A stretch of 64,000 nucleotides of DNA from Chloroflexota bacterium (lineage in GTDB: Bacteria > Chloroflexota > Limnocylindria > Limnocylindrales > CSP1-4), in the NCBI GenBank assembly GCA_039931975.1, contig JBDTQW010000002.1, positions 3,452-67,451 on the forward strand, read 5' to 3'. Below, one piece after another: positions 54,486 through 62,954 of the stretch (positions are counted from its first letter, which is position 1; every line of letters starts with the position of its first letter). Both the position numbers and the translations under genes were made by a program. The notes below the pieces were generated by a model. It was given only the letters and a program-made list of their open reading frames with translations. It did not search any database and was not told where the DNA came from.

Positions 54486-56884
54486 CTGACGGCCCCGCGA
54501 TCAGCCGACGCGTGATCCTGGACATCTTCATTCTGTCCGGTGCCGCCGGGTTGATCTACGAGGTGGTCTGGGCCCGTCAGCTCGTGCTCGTGTTCGGGAA
54601 CACCACTCAGGCGGTTTCGGCGATCCTGACCGGATTCTTCGGCGGGATGGCCATCGGCAGTGCCCTTGGAGGTCGTCTGGCGGACCGCATCCGACGGCCG
54701 CTCCGGATGTACGGCCTTCTCGAGGTGATCCTGGTCGTGGTCGTCGTGCTGACCCCGATCACCTTCCGTCTGCTGCACGAGGTCTATCGCGGGGTGTTCT
54801 CCTCGCTGGAGTCGAGCCCGGGCCTCCTCGCCCTGGTCCGGTTCGGGCTCGCTCTGGTCGCGCTCAGCCCGGCCACGATCCTGATGGGCGCGACGCTGCC
54901 CACGCTGACCCGATACCTGACCCAGCACGCCGATCAACTGTCGGATGCCTTCGGCCGACTGTATGCCGCCAACACGCTCGGGGCGATCGTCGGGACGATC
55001 CTGGCCGGCTTCATCCTCATCGAGCTGCTCGGCCTGTCCGGGACCCTGCTCGTCGGTGCTGCCTGCTCCGCCGGGGCCGCAGCGATCGCACTGCTGCTCG
55101 ACCGACGCGTCGCGGGTTCGGAGACACGGCCTGGCGCGACCCCGATCGCGGAAGCTGCTCCGGCCGAGCCGACGACCGTCCTCGCTCCACTCTCGCCGAC
55201 CCCGACCGCGCCTTCCCCGGCCGCAGCTCCGAGCCGGACGCCCACGGCTCTTCGGATCGGGGTCCTGGTCGCGTTCGTGTCCGGCCTCACGGCGCTCGGT
55301 TACCAGACGCTCTGGACGCGTCTGCTGGCCTCTGGGACCGGGAATTCGACCTATGTGTTCACGATGATCCTTTCGTTGTTTCTCATCGGCATCGCGCTTG
55401 GGGCGATCGCCTTCAACGTGCTCCGGCCGCGGATCCGGAACACGGTCGGGTTGCTGGCGTTCACCCAGCTGGTCACGGCCGTCCTCGCCGTTGTTGGGGC
55501 GATCTGGGTGATCCCGGCCGCCTCGCACGGCATCCTTGAGCTGTCCGGATCACCGGGCGCGCTTTTCGGCAGCTTCCTTCGGACGAGCGCGTTGGTCGTC
55601 CTGCCAGCGACGTTCGTGATGGGCCTCAGCTTCCCTGCCGCCTCGGCCCTCGTGGCCGGCCGCGACAGCGAGATCGGCAGCCGGGCCGGCCTCGTCCTTG
55701 CCGTGAACACGACCGGGGCGATCGTCGCGACGTTCCTCATCCCATTCGTGGTGATCCCGGCGATCGGATCGCCGGCGACGCTGGCCTTGCTCGCGATCGT
55801 GAACGCCGGGCTGGCAGTCGTGCTCGCCCTCAGCGGTGGACTTGCGGGGCGGGTCGTACGTGGCGGGATCGCCATCGCTGGCACGGCGGCCATCGTCCTG
55901 ATCGTCGCAGCGGTCGGCGTCGGCGGCCTGTTCGTCGATCCTTCGATCGCCCGGATCGAGAAGGCGGGTGGCAACGTCCTCCACACGGCCGAGGACGAGA
56001 TCGCATCCGTGCAGGCGGGGCTCGACAAGAACGGGACAAAGCACCTCTGGGTGACCGGCACGGCGATGACCCTGCTGACCGTCGACGCCAAGCTGATGCC
56101 GGTCCTGCCGCTGATCGCCCGCCCGAACTCCACGTCGGCCGCCGTCGTGGCATTCGGGATGGGCTCGGCGTTCCGGGGCGCACTGATCGCCGGGCTCAAG
56201 ACTGACGCCGTCGAGCTGGTCCCATCCGTGCCCAAGATGTTCGGCACGTACTACGACGACGCGGCCAGCGTGCTCGCGAACCCAAACGGCCGGGTGATCA
56301 TCGCCGACGGCCGGAATCACATCGAGCTGACCGAGCGCCGCTACGACATCATTGTGACCGACCCGCCGCCGCCGATCGAGAGCGCCGGCGTGTCGGTAAT
56401 CTCGTCGGAGGGCTACTACGCGGCCGGCAAGGACCGTCTGAACCCAGGTGGGGTGATGATGCAATGGGTGCCTTGGGGTCAGACCCTCGAGGAATTCCTG
56501 GCCCACGTCCGCTCGTTCCGAGCCGTCTACCCGCAGGTGCTGATCGCCTTCGGACCGGGCGGCTATGGCCTGTTCATGCTCGGATCCGAGGACCCGATCA
56601 GTTTCGATCCAGCCAACATCGCAACCATTCTGGCCCGCCCCGGCGTGACCGAGGACCTGTCCTCGGCGTTCGATTCGCCGGAGCATGACGTAGCCGGTTG
56701 GGCGAGGAAGATCCCGTCCCTGGTCTGGATCTCGGGCAACGACGTCGCCCGGGTGGCGGGCGAAGGTTCGCTGATCACCGACGATCATCCCCTGCCCGAG
56801 TACTTCCTCCTGCGTCACGCGTTCGGCGCGCGGTCGCCGCAGGTCAGCCCGGGGCTGCTGATCCAGCTCTCGACGAGCCCCTAG
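54482..56884 (+). CDS. Fused polytopic membrane domain + spermidine-synthase-fold (class I MTase-like) protein
   Basis: 800 aa. About 12 to 14 TM segments in the N-terminal ~500 aa, interrupted by a P/A/T-rich loop. The C-terminus is VAFGMGSAF...YDIIVTDPPPPIESAGVSVISSEGYYAAGKDRLNPGGVMMQW, a spermine/spermidine synthase-like fold. The start overlaps the upstream stop (GTGA). Confidence 0.7.
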   Translation: MTDGPAISRRVILDIFILSGAAGLIYEVVWARQLVLVFGNTTQAVSAILTGFFGGMAIGSALGGRLADRIRRPLRMYGLLEVILVVVVVLTPITFRLLHEVYRGVFSSLESSPGLLALVRFGLALVALSPATILMGATLPTLTRYLTQHADQLSDAFGRLYAANTLGAIVGTILAGFILIELLGLSGTLLVGAACSAGAAAIALLLDRRVAGSETRPGATPIAEAAPAEPTTVLAPLSPTPTAPSPAAAPSRTPTALRIGVLVAFVSGLTALGYQTLWTRLLASGTGNSTYVFTMILSLFLIGIALGAIAFNVLRPRIRNTVGLLAFTQLVTAVLAVVGAIWVIPAASHGILELSGSPGALFGSFLRTSALVVLPATFVMGLSFPAASALVAGRDSEIGSRAGLVLAVNTTGAIVATFLIPFVVIPAIGSPATLALLAIVNAGLAVVLALSGGLAGRVVRGGIAIAGTAAIVLIVAAVGVGGLFVDPSIARIEKAGGNVLHTAEDEIASVQAGLDKNGTKHLWVTGTAMTLLTVDAKLMPVLPLIARPNSTSAAVVAFGMGSAFRGALIAGLKTDAVELVPSVPKMFGTYYDDAASVLANPNGRVIIADGRNHIELTERRYDIIVTDPPPPIESAGVSVISSEGYYAAGKDRLNPGGVMMQWVPWGQTLEEFLAHVRSFRAVYPQVLIAFGPGGYGLFMLGSEDPISFDPANIATILARPGVTEDLSSAFDSPEHDVAGWARKIPSLVWISGNDVARVAGEGSLITDDHPLPEYFLLRHAFGARSPQVSPGLLIQLSTSP

Positions 56885-56894
56885 ACTGCGCCAG

Positions 56895-57731
56895 ATGGAC
56901 GAGCTGACCGGTACGGCGGCGTTCGAGTCGCTCACGCTCGTCCTGCCGGCCTACAACGAGGAGACGCGCCTCGGGCCGGCGCTCGACGAGCTGTTCGGCT
57001 ACCTGCGAAGGCGCGGCGGTCCTCCACGCGAGGGCGCTCCCGCCTCGGGTAACCTGCCCGACGCGATCCAGGTCCTGGTCGTCGACGATGGCAGCACCGA
57101 TGCCACGGCCGATCTCGTCCGTGCCCGGCCGGAGGCCGCCGCCGGAGTCCGCGAGGTCGGCTCGGCCAACCCGTGGCGGGGTGCCTGGCTCGAGCTCCTG
57201 TCGGTGCCCCACGGCGGTAAGGGCGCTGCAGTGCGGGCGGGCATGCTCGCGGCCGGCAGCGATGCGATCGTCTTCACGGACGCCGACATGGCCACCCCGC
57301 CCGACCAGATCCCGGGCCTGGTGGCTGCCCTGGGGTCAGCCGATGTGGCCCTCGGGAGCCGGGTCCAGCCGGACGGGTCCGACATGCGCCGGACCCAGCC
57401 CGGGTTGCGGCGGCTCCTGGGCAAGGTATTCCACGCCCTGGCGGCCGTCTGGGTGACCGGTCCTGTACGTGACACGCAGTGCGGCTTCAAGGGCTTCTCG
57501 CGAGCAGCAGCCCACGACCTGTTCTCGGCACAGCGGATCACCAGCATCGTCTTCGACGTCGAGCTCATCTATCTTGCCCGCCGGCGGGGCTATCGCCTGG
57601 CGGTCGTCCCGATCCAGTGGTTCGACCGTCGCGGGTCGCGGATGCAGGCCAGCGCCGGGCTCGCCGCGCGGGTCGCCTGGGATCTGTTCCGGATCCCGCT
57701 GATCCACCGCCGGGTGTCTCGGCGCAGGTGA
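56895..57731 (+). CDS. GT2 polyprenol-phosphate mannose/glucose synthase (Ppm1/DPM1-like)
   Basis: LTLVLPAYNEE, VLVVDDGSTDAT and FTDADMATPPDQIP (the DxD motif). No TM segments. Typical length for a dolichol/polyprenol-P-sugar synthase. Confidence 0.8.
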   Translation: MDELTGTAAFESLTLVLPAYNEETRLGPALDELFGYLRRRGGPPREGAPASGNLPDAIQVLVVDDGSTDATADLVRARPEAAAGVREVGSANPWRGAWLELLSVPHGGKGAAVRAGMLAAGSDAIVFTDADMATPPDQIPGLVAALGSADVALGSRVQPDGSDMRRTQPGLRRLLGKVFHALAAVWVTGPVRDTQCGFKGFSRAAAHDLFSAQRITSIVFDVELIYLARRRGYRLAVVPIQWFDRRGSRMQASAGLAARVAWDLFRIPLIHRRVSRRR

Positions 57732-58858
57732 CCACGGGCCGGCTGTCGCGCCTCCGCGGCGCGCCCGTGCTCGGGCGGGTGCTGCCGGTCGTGGCGGTCG
57801 CCGTTGCCGTGATGGTCGTGGGTGCGGTCCTCGCGAATGCCGGCCCGACCATGGGCTTCGATGCGCGGGCCTATCTCGATGCCGCTCGACGGCTGCTCGA
57901 TGGCGGGGTCCTCTACGACACGTCCATCGACCAGGCGGGCGCCGCCGGGCTGTACTACTACTCGCCGCCGTTCACCCTCCTGGCCGTTCCGTTCGCCCTG
58001 CTGCAGGCTCCGCTCGACATCGCCGGCTGGACCGCGGCATTGCTCGCGGCCTTTCTCGTGGGCGTCGCCGTCCTGCCGGTCAGCCGGCCCGTCCGCTGGC
58101 TCATCGTGCTGTTGGCGGGGCTTTCCTGGCCCTTCGCCTACGCGATCAAGCTGGGACAGGTCGGCCCGATCCTGTTCCTGTGCTTCGCCATCGGGTGGCG
58201 CTGGATGGATCGACCGGTGCGGCTGGGCGCGGCCATGGCCATCGGGACGATCGTCAAGCTCCAGCCCGGCATCCTGTTCGTCTGGGCGATCCTTACGAGG
58301 CGCTGGGCGGCCGTCGGCGTCGGGCTCGTCGTTCTCGGCGCCGCCGCCGTCATCGCCACCGTGGTCTGCGGAGTCGACGCCTGGGCGGCATGGCTGACCA
58401 TCCTGCGCTCGATCAGCGCCCCGATCACGACGCCGCACAACTTCACCCCGGGGGCCGTGGCCTACCAGGTTGGCCTCGGCGAGGGGCAGGCGACGGCGAT
58501 CCAGGCCGTCAATACCCTCGCGGTCCTGGGCATCGTCCTGTGGGCCGCCGTACGGACGAGCCCCACCGTCGGCTACCTCACCGCAGCAACGGCCAGTCAG
58601 CTCTTGTCACCCGTGTTGTGGGACCACTATGCGATGCTCCTGCTCCTGCCGACGGCCTGGCTCCTGGAGCGTGGCCGCTGGTGGTCGGCGGTCATCCCGC
58701 TGTCGACCTCGATCGTTCTCATCTGGCTCCCGCCAGTCGTCTACCCGATCGCCTTCTGGGTCGCCCTGCTGGCGCCCATCGCGATCGATGCGCGTCCGGT
58801 CAGGCGCTTGCGCGCGCAACGACCTGGACTCGATCCGGTGCTATCCTCGGAGACGTGA
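57728..58858 (+). CDS. DUF2029/GT87-like glycosyltransferase
   Basis: GFDARAYLDAARRLLDGGVLY...YYYSPPFTLLAVPFA and ...IGTIVKLQPGILFVW. The GTG at 57728 overlaps the GT2 stop (GTGA). Confidence 0.7.
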   Translation: MTTGRLSRLRGAPVLGRVLPVVAVAVAVMVVGAVLANAGPTMGFDARAYLDAARRLLDGGVLYDTSIDQAGAAGLYYYSPPFTLLAVPFALLQAPLDIAGWTAALLAAFLVGVAVLPVSRPVRWLIVLLAGLSWPFAYAIKLGQVGPILFLCFAIGWRWMDRPVRLGAAMAIGTIVKLQPGILFVWAILTRRWAAVGVGLVVLGAAAVIATVVCGVDAWAAWLTILRSISAPITTPHNFTPGAVAYQVGLGEGQATAIQAVNTLAVLGIVLWAAVRTSPTVGYLTAATASQLLSPVLWDHYAMLLLLPTAWLLERGRWWSAVIPLSTSIVLIWLPPVVYPIAFWVALLAPIAIDARPVRRLRAQRPGLDPVLSSET

Positions 58859-60078
58859 CCAGCGCCCCCTTCGAGGTGGAGCCCGCCTGTCCGGGGGGCC
58901 CCCGCACGGCCCCGAGCCCGACTCCAGCCGCCCGACAACGCCATCTGGTGGCGCTCCGCCGCCCATTCGATTCCATCGGTACCTCGACTTGGGACGCCCT
59001 CGCCGATCGCAATCCGTGGGCGACGCCGTTCGCCCGGTGGGCTTTCCATCGCTCGTGGTGGGACGCCTACGGGGCGAGCGCCCACGACGAGACCATGGTC
59101 GTGCTCGACGCCGACCGCAGCTCCGATGCCGAGCCGATCGCGATCGTGCCGCTGATGCACCGTCACGAGGTCGAGCCGACCGATGCCCTCGGGCAGACCA
59201 CGCTCCGCCACGGCTCCGCGCTGCCCCTGATCCCCGTCGCACCGACCGCCAAGGCCGTCTTCTTCGGGGCGTCGTACCACGCCGACTATGCGACCGCCCT
59301 CGCCGCGCCGGAGGACCTCGACGCGGTGGCTGCTGCCGTCGTCGAGGCACTCGCCGGTCCGCCGGTTCCAGATGACGCCCACCCGGCGCCGTGGGACGTC
59401 GTGGATCTGCGCCGCCTGCGTTGCGGTGACCCCACCGCCAGCGCGCTGTCGGCGGCGTTCGGCCAGCGTGCTACCGAGCAGGCCTGGACCGTGGATCTCG
59501 AGCGTGAGGACGTCTGCCCGGTGACGACCATCCCGGCCGAGGTCTACGATCTCGATGGCTTCCTGGCCACCCTGGGCAAGAAGGAGCGTCACGAGATCCG
59601 GCGCAAGGCCCGCCGGGCCGAGGCCGCCGGCGAGGTGGCCTTGACCGAGTCGGTCGAGCCGCTGACCGACCTCCCCGCGTTCATCGACCTCCACCAGCGC
59701 CGCTGGGGCGATGCCGGCCTGTTTCGGCCGACTCCCGGTGGCGACGCGGGCCGGCGCTTCGTCCGCGAGCTGTTCGAGCGGTTCGGTCCCGACGGCCCGG
59801 CCAAACTGTGCTTCCTGACGGTCGGCGGGCGTCGGATCGGGGCGGGCATCACGTTCGAGTACGACGACACCATGGCCTATTACAACGCGGGCATCGACCC
59901 CGACGCCCGCGACCTGTCGCCGGGTGTGGTCATGGTCGCGAAGTACGTCGAGCGGGCGATCGCAACTGGCCGCCATCGACTCGACTTCCTGCGCGGCAAC
60001 GAGCCCTACAAGTACGAGTGGGGCGCGGTGGACGAACCGATCCAGCGGCTGCTCGTCCGACGCAGCGTCGACCGGTGA
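58855..60078 (+). CDS. CelD/BioF2-like GNAT-fold (Acetyltransf_6, FemAB-like) protein
   Basis: WDALADRNPWATPFARWAFHRSWWDAYG... and ...LDFLRGNEPYKYEWGA are hallmarks of the CelD/BcsL-like family. The GTG overlaps the upstream stop (GTGA). Confidence 0.65.
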   Translation: MTSAPFEVEPACPGGPRTAPSPTPAARQRHLVALRRPFDSIGTSTWDALADRNPWATPFARWAFHRSWWDAYGASAHDETMVVLDADRSSDAEPIAIVPLMHRHEVEPTDALGQTTLRHGSALPLIPVAPTAKAVFFGASYHADYATALAAPEDLDAVAAAVVEALAGPPVPDDAHPAPWDVVDLRRLRCGDPTASALSAAFGQRATEQAWTVDLEREDVCPVTTIPAEVYDLDGFLATLGKKERHEIRRKARRAEAAGEVALTESVEPLTDLPAFIDLHQRRWGDAGLFRPTPGGDAGRRFVRELFERFGPDGPAKLCFLTVGGRRIGAGITFEYDDTMAYYNAGIDPDARDLSPGVVMVAKYVERAIATGRHRLDFLRGNEPYKYEWGAVDEPIQRLLVRRSVDR

Positions 60079-60088
60079 GCGTCGACCG

Positions 60089-61288
60089 ATGAGCGCCCCG
60101 GCGCCCGGCGACCCCTGCCTCGAGCCCGTCGAGCGACCAGTCATCCCGGGTGGCCGGATCCGGGTCGTCGAGGTCCTCGCCACGGGCACCAACGGGGGCG
60201 CCCAGGAGCATGTCCTCGGGCTCCTGACTCGGATCGATCCGACCCGCTACGACGTCCACGTCCTGTCGCTTTCGCCGGGGAGCACGGTCCGCAAGCTCCA
60301 GCGAAACGGCATCTCCGTCACGGTCATCGACGAGCCCGACGACGCGATCGCGACCGGCGCCGTGGCCGCGCTCCTGGCCGAGCTCCGACCCGAGATCGTG
60401 CACAGCCACATGTACCGGGCCGAGCTCGTCGGGACGCGCGCGGCGATCGCCCTGGGCGAGATCGGGCGGCCTCGGCCGTACATCGTGTCGACGGTCCATT
60501 CGAGCCGGATCCGCTCGGAGGAGGACCGCCGGGTCCTGCGCCTCTTGACCCCGCGGATCGATCGCCTCATCGCGGTGTCGCGCTCGATTGTGGAAAAGCT
60601 CCACCACGAGGGTCGTGACACCGCCCCGATCTCGCTCATCCACAGCGGCGTGGACCTGGAGCGATACGACCACCAGGAGCCCTGCTGCACCCTGCGCGAG
60701 GAGTACGACCTGCCGAGCGAGGGTCCGATCGTGGGGGTCGTCGCCAGGCTCGAGCCCGAGAAGGGCCACCCGACCCTGCTCGAAGCGTGGCCGTCCGTCC
60801 TGGCCGCCGTGCCGGACGCGACGTTGCTCGTCGTCGGGGAGGGCAGCCGGCGGGAAGCCCTCGAGGCGCTAGCTCACGAGCTGGGCGTGGCCGAGAGGGT
60901 GGTCTTCACCGGTCGACGCGATGACGTCCCGGCGGTCACGGCGGCACTCGACGTAGCGGTCCTCCCGTCCTATCGCGAAGCGCAAGGGCTGACCATCCTC
61001 GAGGCGATGGCGCTGTCGCGCCCGATCGTCGCCTCGAACGTGGGAGGCATCCCCGAGATGGTCGAGGACGGGATCACCGGCCTGCTGGTGCCAGCGCACG
61101 ATGCCGACGCCCTGGGTGCGGCCATCGTCCGTCTGCTCCGCGATCACCCCCTGGCCGACACCCTGGGCCGAGCCGGTCATGATCTCGTCCACGACAAGTT
61201 CTGCATCGAGCGGATGGTTGCGGCCGTCGAGCAGATCTACGACGAAGGTGCCCGCACCCTGCGCCTGACTGAGGTCGCGGCGGGGTAG
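60089..61288 (+). CDS. GT4 (GT-B fold) glycosyltransferase
   Basis: The C-terminal domain is ...VVFTGRRDDVPAVTAALDVAVLPSYREAQGLTILEAMALSRPIVASNVGGIPEMVEDGITGLLV, the EX7E-type motif. Confidence 0.85.
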   Translation: MSAPAPGDPCLEPVERPVIPGGRIRVVEVLATGTNGGAQEHVLGLLTRIDPTRYDVHVLSLSPGSTVRKLQRNGISVTVIDEPDDAIATGAVAALLAELRPEIVHSHMYRAELVGTRAAIALGEIGRPRPYIVSTVHSSRIRSEEDRRVLRLLTPRIDRLIAVSRSIVEKLHHEGRDTAPISLIHSGVDLERYDHQEPCCTLREEYDLPSEGPIVGVVARLEPEKGHPTLLEAWPSVLAAVPDATLLVVGEGSRREALEALAHELGVAERVVFTGRRDDVPAVTAALDVAVLPSYREAQGLTILEAMALSRPIVASNVGGIPEMVEDGITGLLVPAHDADALGAAIVRLLRDHPLADTLGRAGHDLVHDKFCIERMVAAVEQIYDEGARTLRLTEVAAG

Positions 61289-61426
61289 CGCGTGGCCTTG
61301 GGACATATCCGCGGATAGTCTCGCCCGGCGATTGCGAGCAAGCTCTGGCCCAGGACCGGGTCTAGAGTGGGCGTCCGCCGAGGTCTGTAGTACTTCAGGG
61401 TGGTCGGGGAGGTGTCGCCTGGCGGC

Positions 61427-61432
61427 TAGCAT
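61427..61432 (+). promoter_or_regulatory. -10-like TAGCAT, 7 nt upstream of the ATG at 61440
   Basis: ggcggcTAGCATcgccgcgATG with no SD. It lies in a 151-bp gap after the GT4 gene. Confidence 0.4.
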
Positions 61433-61439
61433 CGCCGCG

Positions 61440-62954
61440 ATGGCACGACTGTCGGACGCCACGTCGGCACATGGCCGCAGGCTCCTCCTGACCTTGCCCG
61501 AACTCTGGGCGGTGCTGGCCGTCTTACTGCCGATCGTGGGAGCTCTCCTGGCCACGATCTCGACCGTCGACCTGGCCTATCACGTGCGCGCCGGCGGCAT
61601 CATCCTCGACCGCGGGACGCTGCCATCACCAGATGCGTTCACCTTCACCGCCGGCGGGCAACCGTGGGTCGACCAACAGTGGGCAGCCCAGGTCGCCCTC
61701 GCCGTCGTCCACCAGCTCGGTGGGTGGAGCTTGCTGGCCGTGTTGCGCGCCGGGTTGGTCGGCCTCGTGGCGTTGCTTGTGTTCCGAGCCTGTCGATCGG
61801 CCGGAGCGGGCACCCGGGTGGCGGCCTGGCTGGCCCTCGCTGGTTTCGGTGTCGGGATGGTTGCGCTGGGTTTGAGGCCCCAGTTGTTGGGGATGGTCCT
61901 GTTCGCCCTCACCCTAACGATCCTCGCCGGACGCCACCGACGCCAGGACCTTCTCTGGGCGATCCCGATCGTGGTCATGGTCTGGGCCAACGTCCATGGC
62001 TCGTTCTTCCTGGGGCCTGTGGCTGTCATCGTCGCCGCCATCCAGGACGCGGTCGAAGGCCGTCCCGGCCATCGTCGCGTGCTTGCCATCGCCCTGATCA
62101 GCCTGGGTACCAGCTTCGTCAGTCCGTATGGGCCAGCGGTGTGGACGTATGCCGTGGGCATCGCCGCGGACCCGACGATCCGGCGGCTCATCACTGAGTG
62201 GCAGCCGACCTCGCCGCTGTCGTTCGCCGGTGCGGCGTTCTACGCGTCAGTCGGTGGTGTCGTCGTGTTCCTCGCGGTCGTAACCCGCCGGGCCGGTCCG
62301 GGTCATCTCCGGCGTGCGTGGCCGACGGTCGCCTGGCTCATCCTGCTCGCGGCGATCGGGGCATTCGCCGAGCGGGGGGTCGCGTGGTGGTCGATCGCCG
62401 CGCCCGTCGCCGTCGCCGAACTCATCGGCCGCCGTCCGGCCGCAGGCAACCCCGTGACCGCACAGTCCCCCTCGGCGGGTGTCGCCCCGGCGTCGGGGAG
62501 CCTCATCGCGACCGGGATCGTCGGAATCCTGATCGTTGCCATGATCGGCCTCCTGCCGGTCTGGCGCGGCGGCGATGCGCTGTACGGACCCAACGGACTG
62601 CTGACGGATGCGCCGCGAGCTATCACCGAGACCGTCCTAGCCGAGGCCAAGCCCGGTGATCGGATCTGGAATGCTCAGCGCTGGGGCTCCTGGCTGGAAT
62701 TCGCGGCGCCGGCCGCTACTGTCGCGGTCGACTCGCGGATCGAGCTCATCCCGGCCGCCGCTTGGGCCGACCACCTCGCGCTGTCAAGCGGCGCATCGAA
62801 CTGGGCCGCGATCCTCGATCACTGGGACGTGCAGATGGTGGTCGCATCGACCAGCGAGCAGGAGGCGCTCATCCCGCTCCTCCGAGTCTCGCAGGATTGG
62901 CATCTAGCGCGCGACGACCCGGACGGCGTTGTCTTCGTCCGGGTCCGGCCCTGA
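61440..62954 (+). CDS. Large polytopic membrane protein, probable GT-C-type glycosyltransferase or glycan polymerase (family not recognised)
   Basis: 504 aa with about 12 TM segments. Seen: DLAYHVRAGGIILDRGTLPSPDAFTF...QPWVDQQWAAQV and WANVHGSFFLG, plus a C-terminal soluble domain. The 3' end overlaps the convergent gene by 51 nt. Confidence 0.45.
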   Translation: MARLSDATSAHGRRLLLTLPELWAVLAVLLPIVGALLATISTVDLAYHVRAGGIILDRGTLPSPDAFTFTAGGQPWVDQQWAAQVALAVVHQLGGWSLLAVLRAGLVGLVALLVFRACRSAGAGTRVAAWLALAGFGVGMVALGLRPQLLGMVLFALTLTILAGRHRRQDLLWAIPIVVMVWANVHGSFFLGPVAVIVAAIQDAVEGRPGHRRVLAIALISLGTSFVSPYGPAVWTYAVGIAADPTIRRLITEWQPTSPLSFAGAAFYASVGGVVVFLAVVTRRAGPGHLRRAWPTVAWLILLAAIGAFAERGVAWWSIAAPVAVAELIGRRPAAGNPVTAQSPSAGVAPASGSLIATGIVGILIVAMIGLLPVWRGGDALYGPNGLLTDAPRAITETVLAEAKPGDRIWNAQRWGSWLEFAAPAATVAVDSRIELIPAAAWADHLALSSGASNWAAILDHWDVQMVVASTSEQEALIPLLRVSQDWHLARDDPDGVVFVRVRP

